Positions 61,445-64,000 of a DNA stretch of 64,000 nucleotides are shown piece by piece. Within the stretch, counting starts at the first letter, position 1; every line of letters starts with the position of its first letter. The position numbers and the translations under genes are program-made. Source of the stretch: Azolla caroliniana (lineage: Eukaryota > Plantae > Polypodiophyta); the NCBI GenBank assembly GCA_043228905.1, contig JBHGNT010000013.1, positions 2,294,001 through 2,358,000 of the forward strand. Reading direction: 5' to 3'. The notes under the pieces were generated by a model. The model was not told the DNA's origin. It did no database searches and was given only the letters and a program-made list of their open reading frames with translations.

Positions 61445-62292
61445 CCACCCCCACCCATCAATTTATTCCTCCTACCATAGTGATAAAGTTAGGAGTTTGT
61501 GGACTCCCGTGGTTTTTCCCTTTCCGGGTTTTCCACATTAAATGTTGTGTCTCTGTACTTGTGTTTTCTACCATTTCAATCTTTGCACATGAAATTGAGG
61601 AAAATGATAAGAGGATGGGGTGTTATCAAACAAGGTGTCGTGGCCCATGGTGCTAATTTCATGCTTGGAAAAAAGGATTGCCCACAAATAAGACTTGCAT
61701 TTGAGCTTTCCTTGTGTGGAAATATAGTCATAACTATATGCCAATATAAATATAGATGGAAGAAATACAAATGGGCTATTATCCTATCATTTAAAAGTCT
61801 ATTATTGCACCATATAATCCTTGACCAACATATCAAGAAAAACAGACCACACAATACACTCATTGATGCTTGGTCACATTCCCTACAAAACTGATAGCTT
61901 TGTGAAGAGGATCTCATTATGTGGAACGATCGATGGCTTATCAACAAAGGATATGGCTTCCATCACACACTGAATATACACGGATGGACATTTAAAACTA
62001 ATGTGACTCTTTCACCTAAATCTTGTTGGATATCCAATACTCATGGACATGAGATTCTATCATATAATGGTCACATTAGCGACAAGGCATGAATGCTGTG
62101 ATGAATAAATTTGGTGGTTATGGATAATGATGCCAACACAATGGTGGTTGACTTTAGTATAGGAACATGAAATATTAAAGGTTTTTGCCTTTGTGAAATT
62201 TAAAAGCAAGGAAGGACCTACCGTTGTTGATAGTATTAAAAAAACCTTCAAGCATAATGAGGTGTATAAACCTCCACAAAATTGGCCAAACT

Positions 62293-62364
62293 GGGGCGTT
62301 GCGAGAATCGAACTCGCGGCCTCTCGCACCCAAAGCGAGAATCATACCACTAGACCAAACGCCC
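62293..62364 (-). tRNA. tRNA-Pro(UGG), second copy
   Basis: Same 72-nt sequence as 17372-17443, inside a duplicated block. Confidence 0.96.
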
Positions 62365-62676
62365 ATTGATGATAATGTGATAATGATTTTGTTTAATATT
62401 TATGTCTTTATACATCACTTTACTCTAAACTCCTTTCTACGTATTAATTTCAAAAGAGCCCCTTTTCTACGTTCTACATTTATTGCATCCATTGATAGAG
62501 ATTTATATAAATCCTATTCATTACAGCTTGATGAACAACCAATAATACATCTAGGCTATTTAAGATTTAGTTTTGGCTGAGTAAGGACCTTACGGTTTGG
62601 TAAGGTTATGTTTTACGCATTTTAAGACATACTAGAACCTTGCTAATGATTAGACAATGTAAGAAATAGTGAGTAT

Positions 62677-64000
62677 TGTTGAAGACAAGGCCGTCAATGT
62701 GGAAGATCAAGTAGCATTCGAATGGGGTTGAGTACCTGCGTATGACAGTTTCCAAGATCGTGCACAGAGATAGAGAGAGAGAGAGAGAGGAGGCACAAAA
62801 GACTCTTCCTATTCAATAGAAACAATAATACAACCAACCTTACAAAAAGGTTACTAGGTCACTTTATATAGTGACAAACTTAGGGCAACTACCATTTATG
62901 CTAATTGCACAAATGGCCCAAACTTGAGCTATACAAAGGGATAGTGTGAATACGTCCATTATACACTTGTATTCGACACTCCCCCGTAATGGGCGTATAC
63001 ATGGGTTATCTAAGATTACAGGTATAAACCTAGGTTCTCGGACATATCAGTTTTGTTCGAGTCGGCAGGGTCCGAAGGCAGAAGGCCGAACTGGTCGGGT
63101 CGGAAGAGTTGAAGCTGATCATTAAGGAACTGATGTCGGTTGTCTGAAACCATCCTGCGCTGTGTCCGGCTCTAACCGGATTGGTTTGTCGTTACGCCCA
63201 TCTGATGCCGAAGGGACCGACAGCGGTCTGCCGAAAGACACTTGGTCATTCCATCTGCGACATTGTCGGTTGTGGATATTTTCTCTAGACCGATTTTCCC
63301 TGAAATGACGCAGTCCCGAACGAAGTGATATCGAACGTCGATATGTTTGGAGGCGTTGTGGTGAACCGGATTTTTCGACAAGGCAACAGCACCTTGACTG
63401 TCGCTATAGACAACTGGGGCCGAGTCATGGTCGACTTGTCGAAACGTGTGCGCCAGCCGGCCGAGCCACAAAGCTTCTTTTGCAGCGTCGGACGCAGCTA
63501 CATATTCTGCTTCGGTTGTTGAGGTCGCTGTGCACTCCTGAAGTTTCGACTTCCACGAAATTGCTCCATTGCCGAATTTGAAGCAGTATCCGGTTGTTGA
63601 TTTCCGACTGTCTATACAGCTGGCGAAGTCTGAGTCGGTGTAACCGACTACGCCTGAGGTTGAGTTCGGACCGAAAAGAATGCCATGGTCTTTTGTGCCA
63701 GCCAGATATTTGAACACATGCTTGACTGCGTTCCAATGCGATCGGCCAGGATTGTGCATAAATCTGCTAACGACTCCTACGGCATGAGAAATATCAGGCC
63801 GTGTCGCGACCATCAGGTACATAAGGGAGCCGACTGCCGGTGCATACGGTACCGACTTCATATCTTCCCCCTCCGGACCGGATGTCGGGCAGTCTCGCTG
63901 AGAGAGCCGAAGATTCATGGGTAGCGGGGTTGAAGCAGATTTGGGTGATTGCATGTTGAAGCGTTCCAAGACACGTCCGATATAGTCGGTCTGAGACAAA
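62677..64000 (-). mobile_element. 3' part of a second copy of the young copia family (RT-RNaseH ORF 63172-63999, 3' LTR 62677-62978)
   Basis: Near-identical reverse complement of 12554-13877. Confidence 0.96.

Overview
Eukaryotic, almost entirely transposon-derived DNA, probably from a non-seed land plant. That assignment is inferred from a plant-type tRNA-Pro and Tcn1-like chromoviruses. No ordinary host protein gene is visible. The window holds nested Ty1/copia and Ty3/gypsy LTR elements (one apparently intact chromovirus at 53867-59652), an RTEX-like LINE and two tRNA-Pro(UGG) genes, arranged as two diverged copies of a large local duplication. The standout is an 8,066-bp cut-and-paste DNA transposon at 39315-47380 (36-bp TIRs, 4-bp AGTG TSD, empty site at 15572). 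It carries a Sola-like DDD transposase. Head-to-head with it lies an intron-containing gene for a bacterial-type beta-class N6-adenine/N4-cytosine DNA methyltransferase with a probable ParB-like domain, whose first intron contains six ~43-bp palindromes. A second notable signal is that four different LTR families carry an antisense tRNA-like A-box/B-box module with conserved 44-45 nt spacing near the LTR 5' end. Self-priming PBS and -1 frameshift signals are also readable in the chromoviruses. All family assignments come from motif recognition by eye; no database searches were run.
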